Shown: positions 34,402 through 48,100 of the stretch, in pieces
How the letters are laid out: each line of letters opens with the position of its first letter
Position numbering within the stretch: position 1 is the first letter of the stretch
DNA from: Fonticula alba ATCC 38817
Taxonomy: Eukaryota > Protista > Nucleariida
Length of the DNA stretch: 64,000 nt
NCBI GenBank assembly: GCA_000388065.2
Contig: KB932207.1
Direction: 5' to 3' (one strand)
Translations under genes and position numbers: made by a program
Notes under the pieces: model-generated
Databases searched by the model: none
What the model saw: the letters and a program-made list of their open reading frames with translations, nothing else
What the model was told of the DNA's origin: nothing

Positions 34402-37400
34402 ATGGCCACCTCGGGGCTCGCTTCCATCCTGGAGGGCATCGTCCTCTCCAGCGATGTACAAACTCTGGTTGCCTCGATGGAGCGCCAGTTCGCCGAGTCG
34501 CCGGACCTCTTGGCCGCTCCAGGGGCCGAGCTCTCCTGCGAGGATGCCTCCCGCATCCGGACCCTCTTCCGCGCGGCTCAGATCATCCTCCCAAAGCTCC
34601 CGGCCACTGAGCAGGTGCGTCCCATATGCCCATCCGCCTTGCCCCCCCCCCCCCTTCTCGCCTCCTAACTCTCGCTCTGTCCATCTCCCGCCTCGGCCGC
34701 GCCTGTAGGCCGCCGTTTGCCGCGATCTCCTTGTGCGCTTCGTCATGCCGGCATTGCTCCTTCGTCGGGCCGCCTTCGAAGCGCTGGCCCCCTTCCTGGC
34801 CCGGCTGTCCTGGGCATTCCCCGCGCACATGGGTCTCCCCCTGTTCCGCGCGGTGGTTGCCCTGCTGGAAAGCTACGCCAACTCGGCGCTTGACACCCTC
34901 GCCTGGCCGGCCGCCTCGGCCGGGGCCATGGACACCGTGGCGCCCTTCCTCCAGGAGGCCATCACCCGGTGCCTGGTTCCAGCGGCTGACCTTCTGGAGG
35001 CCACCCCGGCCCGTGCGGCGACCGCCCCCGCCGGCTGCGACGCCGATCAAGTCCTCCGCGTGGCGTACATGCTCAACTCCCTGGTTGTGAGCGCCCCGGC
35101 TGCCGGTGCTGCCGTCGACTCGGCCTCCGAGGCCGATCTCCTTGACCACCTCAGCCAGACCCTCCTGCCGATCGTTTGGGCCCTCTGCGACACCACGCAC
35201 CAGCCCCTGCTCAAGTACCTGTGCCAGCACATCATCCCCGGGCTCCAGCGCCTCGGGACCCTGGCCCCAGCCACGGTGGTCGATTTCTCCTGGCAAACGG
35301 TCATCCATCTGGCCGGCCGTGAGCAGGCCTTCACCCGCAATGAGGCCATCTCGCTGATGGCCAATTTCATTCCCCGCTACATTGACCTTGGCACGGTCGA
35401 CGGCGACACCGGCCGGAGTGTCATCCAGTCGGATACCATGCGCGATTTGCTGACGGTACGCAGGCATCCGCACATACGCCCCTGCCTCCCCTTCTCGGCC
35501 ATGGTCACCCACTAACTTGCCGGTCTTTCGGCCCGGCCCCTCCCCTCGCTGCAGTTTGGCCTCCTTTCCGAGGACTCGCTCGTTTCCAAGCGCAGCATCT
35601 ACCTGCTGGATCACATTGTCACCCATCTCAACAAGAGCGGCGCCTTCACCCATGAGCAGAGCCCCAACTGGATCAGGTACCGCCCATCCGACACATTCCC
35701 GCACATGTGCCCCCATCTCGTGCAAGTCCCCCCCCCCCCCCCCTCCTCCCTCTGTTCTCCTGACCCCAAACCATCTAGCCCTGGCACTCCCATCTCCGAG
35801 GCCGCCGCCCTGTGGGAGCGCTTCTTCCTGGTGTTCAACACCTTCAATGAGGCCACCCTGCACCTGATCCTTCCCCTGCTGGCGTACCTGCCGCGGCTCA
35901 TCCAATGCCTGCCCCGGTGCTGGTGGGAGATCCTCCTGAAGATGCTGCTGGAGAACCGCAACCCCTCGGTCCGCCGGAGCGCCTTCCTGCACATCTTCCA
36001 GATTCGGCTGTCCGCCAGCCAGGCGGTCCCCGACCAGGCCGAGTACTCCGAGGCCCTGAGCACCGAGATGGCTGCCACCATGTGCCCGCAGTTTGCCGCT
36101 CCGGCCAACTGGGACTTCCTCTTCGGTGCGCGCACGCATCCCTTGCCTGCCGGGGGTGGCCCGCTCTGCGCTGCTTTTCCCTTTGCCTTTCCCCCCCCTC
36201 TCTCTCCCTCCCTTCCCGCACTCGCCAGCAGCAAACTCACCACCATTTGACGCGTGGGACGGGGGAACAAAAAAAACGAAAAAAAAAAAAAAACAATTGT
36301 CATAACCCCGCCCAAATCCAGACCACATCCTTCCGCAGCTGAATGACGCGTACTTCCGCAACCGCGGCCTGGGGACCTTGGTGTCGCACTTCGGCGAAAT
36401 GTTCACCGACTTCCTGCTGAACTACATGGCGGCCCAGACGGCCCCAGGCCAGCAGGCGGACTTCTCGCGCCAACTTCTCGGGGCCGCCTGTGCCAAGCAC
36501 GTTCAAAGCTCGGCCGCCCTCTATGTCATCCGGATGTTCTCCTCCGATCGGCTGCCATCGGCCGGGTCGCTGAACGCCTGGTCCGGCCAGCAGATCCACA
36601 TGATTGCCACGCAGCTGGCCGATCCCTTCTACAATACCACCCCTCGCAAGCGCATGCTCCTGGAGTGGTATGCCTTCCAGGCGGTGGCCCAGTGTGTCGA
36701 CCCGCGGGACATGTGCTTCGGCATCTTCACCGACCTCCTGGCCACCATGGAGTCGGATGCTCTCTTTGTCGAGGGTGGCCCGGTGGCCACCAGCTTCACC
36801 CGGTGGATGGTCAGCCATTTCCCGGGCCTGGCCCCGGCTGACCACCTGCCCGAGGACCGCCCGCCGGTGGACCTGGACAGCATGCGGCCCACCAACCGGG
36901 CGCCCGTGCTGCTGGAGCGCTTCTTCGCCGAGCAAAACTCCTACGCCAGCCTGCCCGCTCATGAGAGCGCCTTCGACGACCTGTACGGCCAGCATCGGGC
37001 CCGTGCGCGCGGCTTGGCCCGGCTCCTGGCGCTCCTCTGGTCCCCGGTGACCCACCACCATCTGTCCAATGCCCTGGCCCGGCATTACACCCCGGAGGCC
37101 GTGGCTCGGCATCCTATTCGCGCGGCCCTGCTGGCCGCCTGTCTGCTTGGTCAGCAGCAGGGCCAGGGCCCGGTGGCCCGTGGTGTCGGGGCTCTGCTTG
37201 CGGATCCGGTCATTGCCCTGCTGGAGCAGCTCCTGGCCACGGACCCCGCCGGCCAGCTGCCCTTCTACCTGAACCTCGACGAGGCGGTGATCGAGGCCAC
37301 CGAGGGGGCGCTGGCCGCCCCGGGGCTGGGGCTCGGCCCACGGGTGCTGGGCATCATCCTGCCGCAGCTTCGCCAGCATGCCGGGCCGATGCTCCGTCGC

Positions 37401-40400
37401 CAGGCGGCCGATCCCAGCTCGGAGGGCGAGTCGCCACTCCCGCTGCCCGATGTCGTGGGGCCCGGCCAGGCGTCTGACTACTCCCTCGCAACCGCGGCTC
37501 GCATCGCCGCCTGCACCCAGGCCCTCGGGGCGGCGGTGGCGGCTGCCGTCGGGGAGCAAGCCATCCGCCCGGTGGACCTGCTGCAGTCGACCGATGTGCC
37601 GCTGGTGGCAGCCTTGTGTGCCGGGCATCTGCCGCGCCCAACCAACGAGCCGGCTTTGGCCGGGGATCGCGGCGCCATGTGGCACGTGGTGCAGAAGCGC
37701 TTCTTCACGGCCAAGTGGCGATGCCTGGCCGGGCTGGCACCGGCCCTGGACGGCGACATGGCCACCGTGCATCGGCTGCTGAGTCGGTGCGCCGCCGACA
37801 TCCCGCTCATCTATGCCCTGGAGTCGGTGCCCCTGGTCCAGGCCCTGAGCCGCATGCTGGATGTCTGCCGGCAGGTGGAGCTCCATGCTGGGGCGTCGGA
37901 GCGGACCGTGCCCGCCGATGTTCTGGCGGATCTGGTTCGCTCGGCCACGGTCGCCGTCCAGGAGGTCATCAGCCATGCCCGTCAGGCGCGGCCCCTGCTG
38001 GAGGCCTGTGCGGACCTCTGCTTCCATCCGTACCTGCTGGCCGATCCGGACTGTGTGGACCTGGTGTCCGACTCGATTGACCTGTTCTTCGAGCTTGGGG
38101 AGGGCCGGGCCGGCCTGGCCAACCCCATGGCCGACCGGCTGTTTGCCTTCTGGGCCGGCCAGCCGAAGATGGCCAACATGATGACCGACCCGCCGGTGCA
38201 CCCGGGTGTCATGGCTGCCATTCGCCAGGCCGCGGCTGCTCCCCCGGTGGCAGAGGGCCCCCTCGACACGGGGGGCCCGGCCCCGGCCCCGGCCCCGGCC
38301 CCGGAAGCCACCCTGCAAAATATCGACCTCTACTTCGACCACTTTGTTCGGGGCCTGCTCTTCGGCCCGACGCGCAGCCGTGGTGGGCGCATCGAGCATT
38401 CGACGCAGGAACTCCTGGACCATGAGATTCGGCTTCTGGCCCCGGGTGTGCAGGAGCGCCTGTATGCCGCCGGGACCCTCTGGCCCAGCGTCTTCGACCG
38501 GGACTCCATGTGCCGGGCGCGCTTCCTTTCGCTGCTGGTTCGACTGCGACCGGAGGTGGAGCATGAGCGCGCCTTTGCCGAGCGCCTGGCCGCTCGACTG
38601 CTGGAGCACAACTCCCCGCCACTCGGATCGGCCACGCGCTACTTCGACAATACCCCGGTTCACCGGCATAAGATTCGCCTCTGGCAGGCCACCCTGGTTC
38701 TGCTGGATCTGGTCACAGCCGAGCCGGTGGCTCGGGACATTTGCTCCCAGCTGACGACCATTCTCTCCAAGTTCGAGAACAGCATGGGCGTCCGGAACCT
38801 CATCGAGTGGGGCTTCATCCGCCTGCTCCGCCGCTTCCCCGGCATGATTGAGGAGTTTGTGTGCAGGTACGTGCACTTTTCAGCCCCGTGGCTGCCACAG
38901 GGCAAGAGCATCTTTTCCTGTGTGTATGTGTGCGCGCACTTTTTTTTTGTCCTCCCACTCACCCCTGCACTCCCATCTACCAGCCTCTACATGGACTACG
39001 CCGCGCGCCCGCAGCAGGTGTGCTCCATGTCGAAGGTGCTCTTCCAGTCGTGTCGCCTGGCCGCGCACTCCCTGCCGGCTGACGAGCACCTGGCCCTCAT
39101 GGTCCGCGCCATCTCCGTCATGACCCCCTGGCAGGTGTCCAACAACTATAGCATCCGCTTTGTGGCTGTGCACACTCTGCAACAGCTTTACGCTCTGGCT
39201 CTGTCACTGTGCGCTGCTTTGTCCGCCGCCCCCCCGGAAAGACCCCCCCTTTCGCCTTTCGAGCCGCCTCTCCCACGTGAACAAGATGAGCCCCAGTGAT
39301 GACTCTAACTGCCACGCACTTCCCCCTCCGTTGGACTCCCTCCCCAACGCAGTGGCTATGAGAAGGCCTCCCTTCCGGCCGATCCCTTCGCCCATTTCAC
39401 CTACAACAACCCGGAAATCGAGAAGCATGTGGCCAAGCTGCTGGAGGACTACTTCTATGGCGAGTTCGATGCCCAGCGGGACTTTACCCTGGACTTCATC
39501 TTCAATCGCTTCATCTTCCTGATTGGCACGGCCCCGGATGAGTCCATCTCTGGCGTGCGTATCATACTTGCATTTGGTCCATCTGCGCCTGCTGCATCGT
39601 CGTCCTGGATATCCACATGTGTCCGCATCTTCGCCTGCTCACGCCCTCTCGTCTCCACCTCTCCCTCTCCACTTCGCTCATCTCCCTCGCCCGGCCAACC
39701 ACCAGGCCTCCTTCTGGATCATCGACCCCCGGCCAACAACCACCGTGGCGTCCATCTTCGGGGAGGATTCCTGCACGCCGCTGCCGGTCCTGCGCGGCTT
39801 CGGTGGCGATGCGCCAGATCAGGCCTTCGAGGATGCGGCACAGGTGGCTCCAGCGGCCGGCGGGGCGGCCGACCTCGGCACCAACTTCCAGCGTAAGACC
39901 ATGGCCCCGTGGGAGTTGATGCTGGCGGCCGATGTGGACCAGGCGCCGATTCTCTCCCCGACGCCGACCACCCACCGTGTCACTCGGGATCTCATTGTCA
40001 TTGCATCCCTGGTTGACAAGGCCCCGAACCTGGGCGGGCTCAGCCGGACATGCGAAATCTTCGGCGTTCGCCTGCTGGTGGTCCGGGACATTCGCGTTCG
40101 CTCGCAGGCGGTCTTCCGCTCGGTGAGCATGAACTCCCAAAGCTGGCAGCCGATGCGCGAGTGCGCCGAGGAGGACCTGGCCACCTACCTGGCTGAGCTC
40201 CGTACCGAGGGCTATTCCCTGGTGGGTCTCGAACAGACGGCCGACAGTGTCATTCTCGGCCGGCAGACTCTGGCCGGGCTTCCCTCCAAGCGCATTGCCC
40301 TGCTTCTGGGCCGCGAAAGCGACGGCATCCCCCAGCACCTGATCCCGATGTTGGACACTTGCCTGGAGATCCCGCAGGTCGGCATGACTCGGTATGTAAT

Positions 40401-40701
40401 GCTGCATCGGGATCTTCCCGGCGTTGTTGCCCTTTTCCTTTGCTTTTGCTCCCCCGCCGTGTCGCCCCTTTGCCGTGTCTTTGCTGCGGGGACGCCTGGC
40501 TCCGGAGTATGTGTGTGCTCATGTGCTGACCCCCCCCCCCCTGCGTCCCCATCATCCAGCTCTTTGAATGTGCATGTCAGCGGCGCGATCGCCATTTGGG
40601 AGATCACCCTGAATAACTACATCTCCACTCTGGCCGCTGCGGACATCATGGACGATGAGGATACCAACGCCACCATCGGCACGGTCGCCAGTGATGATTG
40701 A
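34402..40701 (+). CDS. TRM3: Trm3/TARBP1 tRNA G18 2'-O-methyltransferase (long helical N-terminus plus C-terminal SpoU domain), multi-exon
   Basis: C-terminal SpoU domain: DLIVIASLVDKAPNLGGLSRTCEIFG...YSLVGLEQT...LLLGRESDGIP...LDTCLEIPQVGMTR|SLNVHVSGAIAIWE. Upstream Trm3-like blocks: HRHKIRLWQ, VRNLIEWGFIR, FQRKTMAPWE. ATG at 34402, TGA at 40699-40701. Confidence 0.93.
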
Positions 40702-40893
40702 GACGCACCTGCTGCCTTCTGTTCTCCGTGAGCCATGTCTGCCTGGCCATCAGGCAGACCTGCCCTGTCCTCCGCTGTGACAAAACAACACCCCCTCTCG
40801 CCGGGCATTGACGATCCCCAATGAGGGCAGGCGAGAGGGATGACACAAATAAAGACCCCCCCTCAGGCCCGGCGTGATTTTGCACATTTTGCT

Positions 40894-42199
40894 CTATTCA
40901 TCCTCCTCCTCACAGATAAAGGGTATCCCACGTCGGCGACAGACAAGACGTGCATTCCGCCGGAGAAAGGGCAACTGCCGGGGGTGGGAAAGGGCCACAG
41001 CTCCCCCGAACAGGACCCCAGGACGAGGGGACTTCCGCCGAGCAGGCCAAAGCATGGCTCCAATCAGCTCGCGGGGTGCTGATGCGCCCGTCCCGGCGCT
41101 CAGCTGTCGAAGAAGATGCAACCAGCGGAGGTCCAAGCAAGGCCGGAAGCGGAGTGCCCGCTCTCGAGACGTGGGGCTGCTGCTGCCGGCCACCAAAACC
41201 GTGGTTGTGGCTCCCGCCTGTGAGGCCTGCTTTGAGGCCTCCACCAAGGCCACCACCTCGACAGTGGTCGGTGCTGGGGGGGCATCCTGCAGGAGCTCCT
41301 TGGCTCGGGCCAGTTCTCGAAGGTATGCGGCCTCGGAAATGCCCCGGGACTGGGCCTGCGCCAGAGCATGGCGGTCAAACTCCGCCACTCGCCGGTTAGT
41401 CTCCTCGACGGCGGCCTTTTCCTTTTCGGCTGAGCTCCGGGAAAGCCGGGCAAGGGCCCGAGTTGCCTGGACAGCTGCTTGCGCATCTCCGGCTGCCACC
41501 GCCAGGTCAATGCGGATCTGCAAGCCACTCGGGCGCTTTGGGTAGAGATTTTCGGCCGCCGTGCGGGCCAGATACACTCGGGTTTGGGCCCGCGCCCGAG
41601 CGTCCCAGGGGGCGTGTTCCAGGTACTCACGCATGGCCCGCGCACTGCGCAGGCGCTCCCCCGCGTGGGTGTAAATCGACAAGCCGGCCCGGCGCAGGAG
41701 CTGGGCCTCGGCATCGGCCGGGGTAAAGGCCCGGACCGAGCCCTTCGGTCGGCCACGACCACGCTTGACTGGCGGAGCAGGTGCCTCGGTCTTAATCTCG
41801 GCCTGGGGGTGTGGAGGCTCGTCGAAATGCGGACTGAGGGGATTTGGGTCGGATCGCATGATGGAACCACCGTGTCCGGCCCCGGGGGAGCTGGATGGCG
41901 GCTCGGACTTGATGGTGACCGGAGCCGGATTTGGTGTTTGATCTGAATAGTGGATCTCCGACCGAGAAAGGTCGAAGAAGGTATTTCCGGTGGCACTGGT
42001 GGAATCCATTGAAGATTGTGCAGAAGGGCTTTCCATCCCGGGGCCAAGGTGGACAGGTGGCTGCTGCCAGCAGCTGTGTGACAAGCGCAGGCGCTTTCTG
42101 TGTGGAGGAAACATCATACGGAGGGGGGGTTAGATCGAGCGAGAACTGACATTAAGAGACGAACGAGCCGTACCGTGCGCTCGACTCCTCAGCTTTCAT
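40894..42199 (-). CDS. Hypothetical nuclear protein with an AT-hook; 5' end uncertain (ATG at 42199 via intron 42173-42074, or at 42117/42036)
   Basis: Long ORF with a canonical AT-hook (KRGRGRPKG, about 41741-41767), IKSE/IKTE SUMO-type motifs and a charged helical segment. MKAEESSAR|CWQQ splices in frame with GTACGG and CACAG. Confidence 0.62.
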
Positions 42200-42268
42200 T
42201 GCACTTTGGGGTGGGGTGGGATGGGGTGGTGGGAGGAAGTACGGGGGGAGTGAGTGGTTGAGTGAGCG

Positions 42269-42285
42269 AGCGAGAGAGCGAGAAC

Positions 42286-42323
<38 letters not shown>

Positions 42324-42377
42324 GAGAGAGGGAGAGAGGAAGAGGGAGGGAGAGACGAAGAGGGAGGGAGAGACGAA

Positions 42378-42423
<46 letters not shown>

Positions 42424-42430
42424 GAGGGGG
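42269..42430. repeat. Purine-rich (GA)n tract with an 18-bp unit GAAGAGGGAGGGAGAGAC repeated about 2.4 times (42339-42382)
   Basis: Direct reading of the sequence. Confidence 0.85.
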
Positions 42431-43319
42431 AGAGGGTTGAGTAGGAGGGCGGCGAACGATCGGACAACCACCCGGCGGGAGAGGCATCGATGGCGCAGTG
42501 GGACCGGGTAGAACTTGGGACCGGGACAGCGGATGAATGGCCATCTTGATCGGAGGAGAACTGGCTTCCCTTCTGTATGGCGAGCCAGAAAATCGGGATG
42601 CCAGGATTTTGAATTCAACGACGGTGCGCAACACCCGGGGACATGCATGCGCGATCTGGTGGTTAGCGGCATACGAGGACTGCCAACTGAGCGGGGCATG
42701 AACCCTCTCCCCACAGGAACAGGACCGGGGGGGGGGGGGGGGGGGCCAGAGACGCGGCGGGGCCGAAGGCCAGTGCGAAGGCAGTACAGGATCCCCCCAT
42801 TTATGACGGTCCTGCTGGATACTCAGACAATATCAGAACACGCCCGCCCCCCTGCCGATCGTGCCTGCGGCCGGCTGGCGTGGCGTGTTCGTCCTCTCGC
42901 CCCCCGGTGGGCTCCTGCGACGCCCGAGAAGAAGACGCACAGCAGGAGGGGAAATGTGCGAGGGTCTCATGCCGATGACAGGGTGCCCCCGGGGGCGGAT
43001 ACCCAGGATACACACACACACACACAGGCGAAGGGGGAGGAGGGTTCTATGAATGTATTTTGGACATGGCCGCCAGCGGGCACGAGGGAGGGGAGAAAGA
43101 CAAGCAAGAGGGGTGGTGGGACGTGTGCATGTGGGGAGGGAGACCACTCGAAGGGGACGACGGGGAAGGAAAGGAGGGAGGAAGGGCCCCAGGGGGGGGG
43201 GGGGAGGGGGGGGAGACAGAGAGACAAGGCGCATATCGCCGAGCATGGGGATTGCCCGGATTTTCCTCCGCGGCCCCGAGCGCTCTCCCACGCAGCACGC
43301 GAGGGGAGACATCAAGGGG

Positions 43320-45160
43320 TTAGATGACAAGGGAGATGTTACGCTGAGCGTTGCCATTGTAATCATATGCCGGCGAGGAGGGGATCTGCGGCATGATGTC
43401 CGAGGGTGGGTGCTGGACCGGCTCGTCGGCGCCGCCGCTGCCCATCGGATCCAACGGGAAGTCGATGGAGGCATTGGGCGGCGGTGTGGAGGAGTTGTAT
43501 CCCCCGCCGCCGGAGCCCCTGCCATTGGCGGTGCCATCCTTGCTACCACCGATGCCGAAGCGGCGGAAAAGGTTCCACCGAGAGGGCTTGGCATCCAGGC
43601 GGTCGCGCAGGCCCTTGCCAAAGTTCCGCGCGCAGAGAACCGACGTCACCAGACTCAGGAAGATCATGACCAGACTGAGGGCCGCGAAGAAGGACAAGAA
43701 CTTGCCGGACCCCTCGTACTTGGGGTACTGTGAGGGCGAGTGGATCCGGACAATCTTGTAGGTGAAATAGCAGACCGCCAGCAGGAGGCCCAGGAACCAA
43801 AAGGCCATGACGTAACGGTTTTCATAGCGGACCTGCGAAGGGGGGGAGAAGGAGGAGGGGGAGGAGGAGGAGGAGGAGGAGGAGGAGGAGGAGGGGATGA
43901 TGTAGATGGGAGGTGGTTAGATACAGGGGGGGGGGAAGTCGGGCAACAGGCCAGAGGGTGGTGGTAGGGCTGGGCGAGATTCGTACCGCGTAGAAGGCCA
44001 GCAGGAGAGCCACGAAGAGGCCCGGAATGGCGAAAATGGTCAGGGCAAACTCGACGTTTTTGATGCGCACAAGGACCAGGAACTGCAGGCCGAATGCGAT
44101 GAAGAAGAAGAAGTCCAACTTCAGCAAGACGATGAAGGTCTGGTACAGGCGGAAGATGGACTGGATGGCTGGGTCGGCCCCCACACGGCGGTAGTTGGCC
44201 CAGTCGAACTGCGAATAGAGCCGGTAAGCCCAGTAGGCATAGAAAATGGCCAGCAAAGCCAGGATGATAATGGTGGACAGGAGCGGCGGGAAGAGGTGCG
44301 TCTGGAAGTTGATCTTCGTCGGGTCGACAAGCAGGTTGTCATTGTCCAGGGCGATCATATATGCCTCACGGATTTGGAAGAACTGGAATACACTGAAAGT
44401 GAAGAGACACACGACGAAGATCGAGTGTGCGATCACCTGGATGACATTTTGGTTGAGGGCCTATAGCGGAGAGGGGGGGGGGGGGGAGGGGGGGGGGGAG
44501 GCGAAGGGAGGGCCCCCCACCCAGGAAGCCAGGCGGCCCCCGCATGGGACGGCCCCCACCATTATCCCCTACCAAGAAAACGCAGACCGGAGCGTCTGCC
44601 CCAGCATGCGGGACCGGAATTCCACCGGGGCGTTCGCTCCTCCCTGCACCGTCGCTGGGGAAAGAAATCAGACGCCTCCAGCGCTGGGAGGGCAGGGAAG
44701 AAGTGAGTGCGTGGCGCCTTGGGGGGGTTAAAACAGGCGGCCCGGTGCGGCAGGCGAAACACTGGAGGGGGATGACCAACGAACCGCATCGACAGCCAAG
44801 TACACTTGGAACACTTGGGAGAAGCAGAAGATGAAGAGATACAGGACAATGCTCTTGCCGCTGCCCTCGTTGACATTGTTGTCGCTGGTGTCGATGAGCT
44901 TGGCGAAATGGACTCCAATCACCGCCTCCAGGGCGACGATAAGCACCATCTGCAGCAGACTGACCGAAATCCAGGTCCAGCGCTGGGACGGCAGCTGGAG
45001 GGAGCAGGGGGGGGGGGGGGGACAGAGGGGCAGGCGTAAGGCGGACGCATGGGCCGAAGGACACAGGCCGGTTGAGCGGGGGAGGCAGCACTGGGTGATG
45101 AGGATCGCGCGAACGCACCCATTTCGTTGACTTCGCCGTGGCGATCACGTCGCGGGACAT
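43320..45160 (-). CDS. Multi-pass membrane protein resembling the fungal UPF0658 family, 4 exons
   Basis: MSRDVIATAKSTKW|LPSQRWTWISVSLLQMVLIVALEAVIG...|ALNQNVIQVIAHSIF...YWAYRLYSQFDWANYRRVGADPAIQSIFRLYQTFIVLLKLDFFFFIAFGLQFLVLV...EFALTIFAIP...FYA|VRYENRY...CARNFGKGLRDRL. There are many hydrophobic helices. The family assignment is from memory of the fungal motif pattern. Confidence 0.72.
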
Positions 45161-48100
45161 TGCGAATTGAGGAGGGGGGATCGGGCGACCGGTGGTGCAC
45201 GCTCAAAACGGGCAGCAAGAGGGAACTGCAAGCCGAGGGGAAGGAGGGGTGCCTCTCTTGCGCCGACAAGAACCCGGCCGAGAAGCGGAAGCGGGCAGGA
45301 GAGAGGGGCGTGCGAGGACCAGTCGAAAGGCGGGGCAACACGGAGAGGAGGAGGAGGAGGAAGGAAGGAACCCGGGGTAGTAGGGGGCAGGCAGATGGGA
45401 GAGACTGCTCTGTTCGGGGAGGCCAGACCCGGAGAATGCGAGGAGGACAATGAGGAAGTGTGGAAGGGGGGAGGGGGGGGGGGGAACGGGAGCAGCTTGC
45501 CTCACCCTCGGGGCGCGAGGCCTCCAAAGCCTCTTTTGGGCCTCCTGGCAGGAGGGTGGACAGAGGCAGGCGGAGACGAGACGCGGGACGGAAGCGCTGC
45601 TCGGGCGAAATTGTGTCCCGGCCTCCTTCACCCGCCCCCCCTTCCCCCTCGTCCTCTCGGCCCGCCCGAACAAGACGTGAGGAAAAACGGGAGTCTGGGC
45701 CCCTCGAAGGGATGGGGGAAGGGGGGCCGGGGCGCGATCGCTCCGGATCCCCGGCTCTATGGGTGTCGCACGCGCGGCCAACTATGGGCGCGCCTTTTCC
45801 GGCGTCTCCGCCCCGGACGCCGGCATTGTCACAAGGACGGCCGTGCACCGAGACCCGAGGTGCGGAACTCGCGGGGGCATCCGGCCGGAATCTAGCGCTG
45901 GGCCTCGGGGTGGAGGGGGGACACGGGGCCCCTTGGCGTCCTTCAGCCCACTGCGGCTGCGGCTCGCGAGGGAAAGAGTGGCCGGGCTGCGTGGGCCCGG
46001 TCGGAATTTTCGTCACAGGCATGGGCCTCCTTCCGGGGCGCCAGAAGAGGAGCACCGCCAGCACAGGCGGGGGGGCGGGGGAGGGACGGCAGGCGCCGCA
46101 CCAAGGGCCCCGAGCAGGAGGACAGGCCTGACGCAAAGAATCCACACCTTAGCCTCGATGCTCAAAGAGGCAATCAACGCGAAGCCCACCACGGCGCCCC
46201 ACAAACGGGGTCGGGCTATGGCTGGAAGCTCGGCCGAGAATATGTTCCCCCCCTCCGGCCTCTGCTTCGCCAGGCCACTAGCCATCCCACATCCGCCGGG
46301 CCATTACTCGGACCGCCACCCGCCTGGTCGTCCAAAAACGAACCTCCGGAAGTAGGGGGGGGGGGGATACTCCACCAACAGCCACCAGGCGCAGGGGGCT
46401 GGGCACAGGGATCCTGCGCTCGGACCTCGGCGGGAACAATGAAACCTCCCCCCTCAAAACGGGCGACAGGGGGGGGGGGGGGGGGGGGGGGGGGAGCGCG
46501 ATGCACCGAACCGGACATACACGCCCCCCGGCACACCCGGGCATCGGAGCGAATGCAGATTGGCAATGAACCAGCACACGCCTGAGGGGCCGCTCGGGAG
46601 CGACAAGCCGCAAGTCCTGCGGTAGCGACACACCGCTGCCTGGGGACTTGGTGCTCCGGCGAGGGAAGGGCCCCCCCACGAAGGCCGGGCCTCGCCCTCG
46701 GTGCCGATCCTCCCCCGAGCCCCGGGGGGAGGGACGAGAAAAAGCCCAGACAGCGGTCCACGCGTACCGGCTCCGGGCATCAAAGCCCCGACATATGGGG
46801 GATACACCCCCGCCGGGGCATGATTAAGCCTCCGACGCGGGGCAGGCACCGAGAAGCGAGGCCGTGTGGCAAACAGACATGGACACACACACCCACACGG
46901 CCCTGCCCCTCTTGGCCGAGCTCAGCCACCGAACACACAAGCCGTTGACTGAGACGAGTGTCAGGCCGGGAGCTCGGTCTGCCTCCGGTGCCCCGTCTGT
47001 CGCCCCCCCCCCCCCCCCCACGCCCCGGCCGTCGGGAGAGGGGCGCGCGAGGCCAGAAAGTCGCCAACTCTGCAGGGACTTGAGCGGGGGAGGTATTCGC
47101 CCGCCCCGCCGGGAGAAGGGGGGAGGGGGCCGGCGAGGCAGCGGGGTGGCTGTGAGTCAGAGGGGCAGCCCGGCGGGAAGGCCTCCGCAAGAGAGAACCG
47201 CATGCTGGCTGCCCGTGTCCCAGCGCCAACGAGAGGGGATGAGCCCAAGAAGGGTACACACGCACACATGGAGCGAGAGGTGCACGCCCACCACCCTACG
47301 GGCCTGGTGCCAGCAACAGCCCCACGGCAAGGACCTCTCCAGCTCCTCCGTCTCCGACGCCGCCGACCCCCGGGGGAAGACCGGGGTCCCGAGCCTGGGC
47401 CAGCGACCGCACCACCGCCGGGCTCTCACAAGGGAGCGTACGGCGGCGGAGGACTGCATGCGCCGCTCCCCCCCCCCTCCCCCCGGTCCACCTGCATGGG
47501 GCATCCACCTCCACGCCCAAGAGCCGAGACACCAGAAAAGGGCGAGGACCGGGGGGGATGTGCCAATGTGCGGCCGAGATAAAGGCGCGCATGCATGGTC
47601 TTCCCGCCCGAGGCCAGCGGACGTTCACCGTGCGGACAATCGGACCGGCGAGCCGGCCCGACGAGCCACGGGTCTTCGTCAGGCAAGCCGGCTGGAAGCC
47701 CTCAAGTGGTCCGACAGGGGGGGGGGGCCGGTTCCCATGAGGGTGCTCCCGTTACACCGCTGCGCACAGACACACTGGTTTGAGGGCCCCGCATCGTACC
47801 AAGCCGCCTCGTCCTCCCATCGCCTGCCCCCCGGCCCCCCCCCCCCCCCGTCGGAAAAGCGAATCCAAGAAGCCCAAACAGGCTCCACGGAACCGGCAAT
47901 GGAAGGTTCAGGGTAACACACACGGGCAGCTACTTGCACCAATTCCCGGAGATCGTCCGGGCCGGTGCTTGTCCGGTAACCGGCCAAGAAAACACCCAAC
48001 CAGGCGCCCCGCTCGCTGACAACATCACACAAGCGCACAGCCAGAGCACGCACGGGTCCCGGGGCCTCGGTGGTCCGGGACCCGGAACCCGGACTTCGCC

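Noticed and set aside
38274-38302. (GGCCCC)n hexamer repeat in TRM3
   Set aside because: It is a short in-frame repeat encoding a PAPAPAP linker; ordinary low complexity.
47157-47504. Minus-strand ORF containing MQSSAAVRSLVRARRW, resembling a mitochondrial presequence
   Set aside because: It has no downstream domain, no coding-style codon usage and no convincing splice partners.
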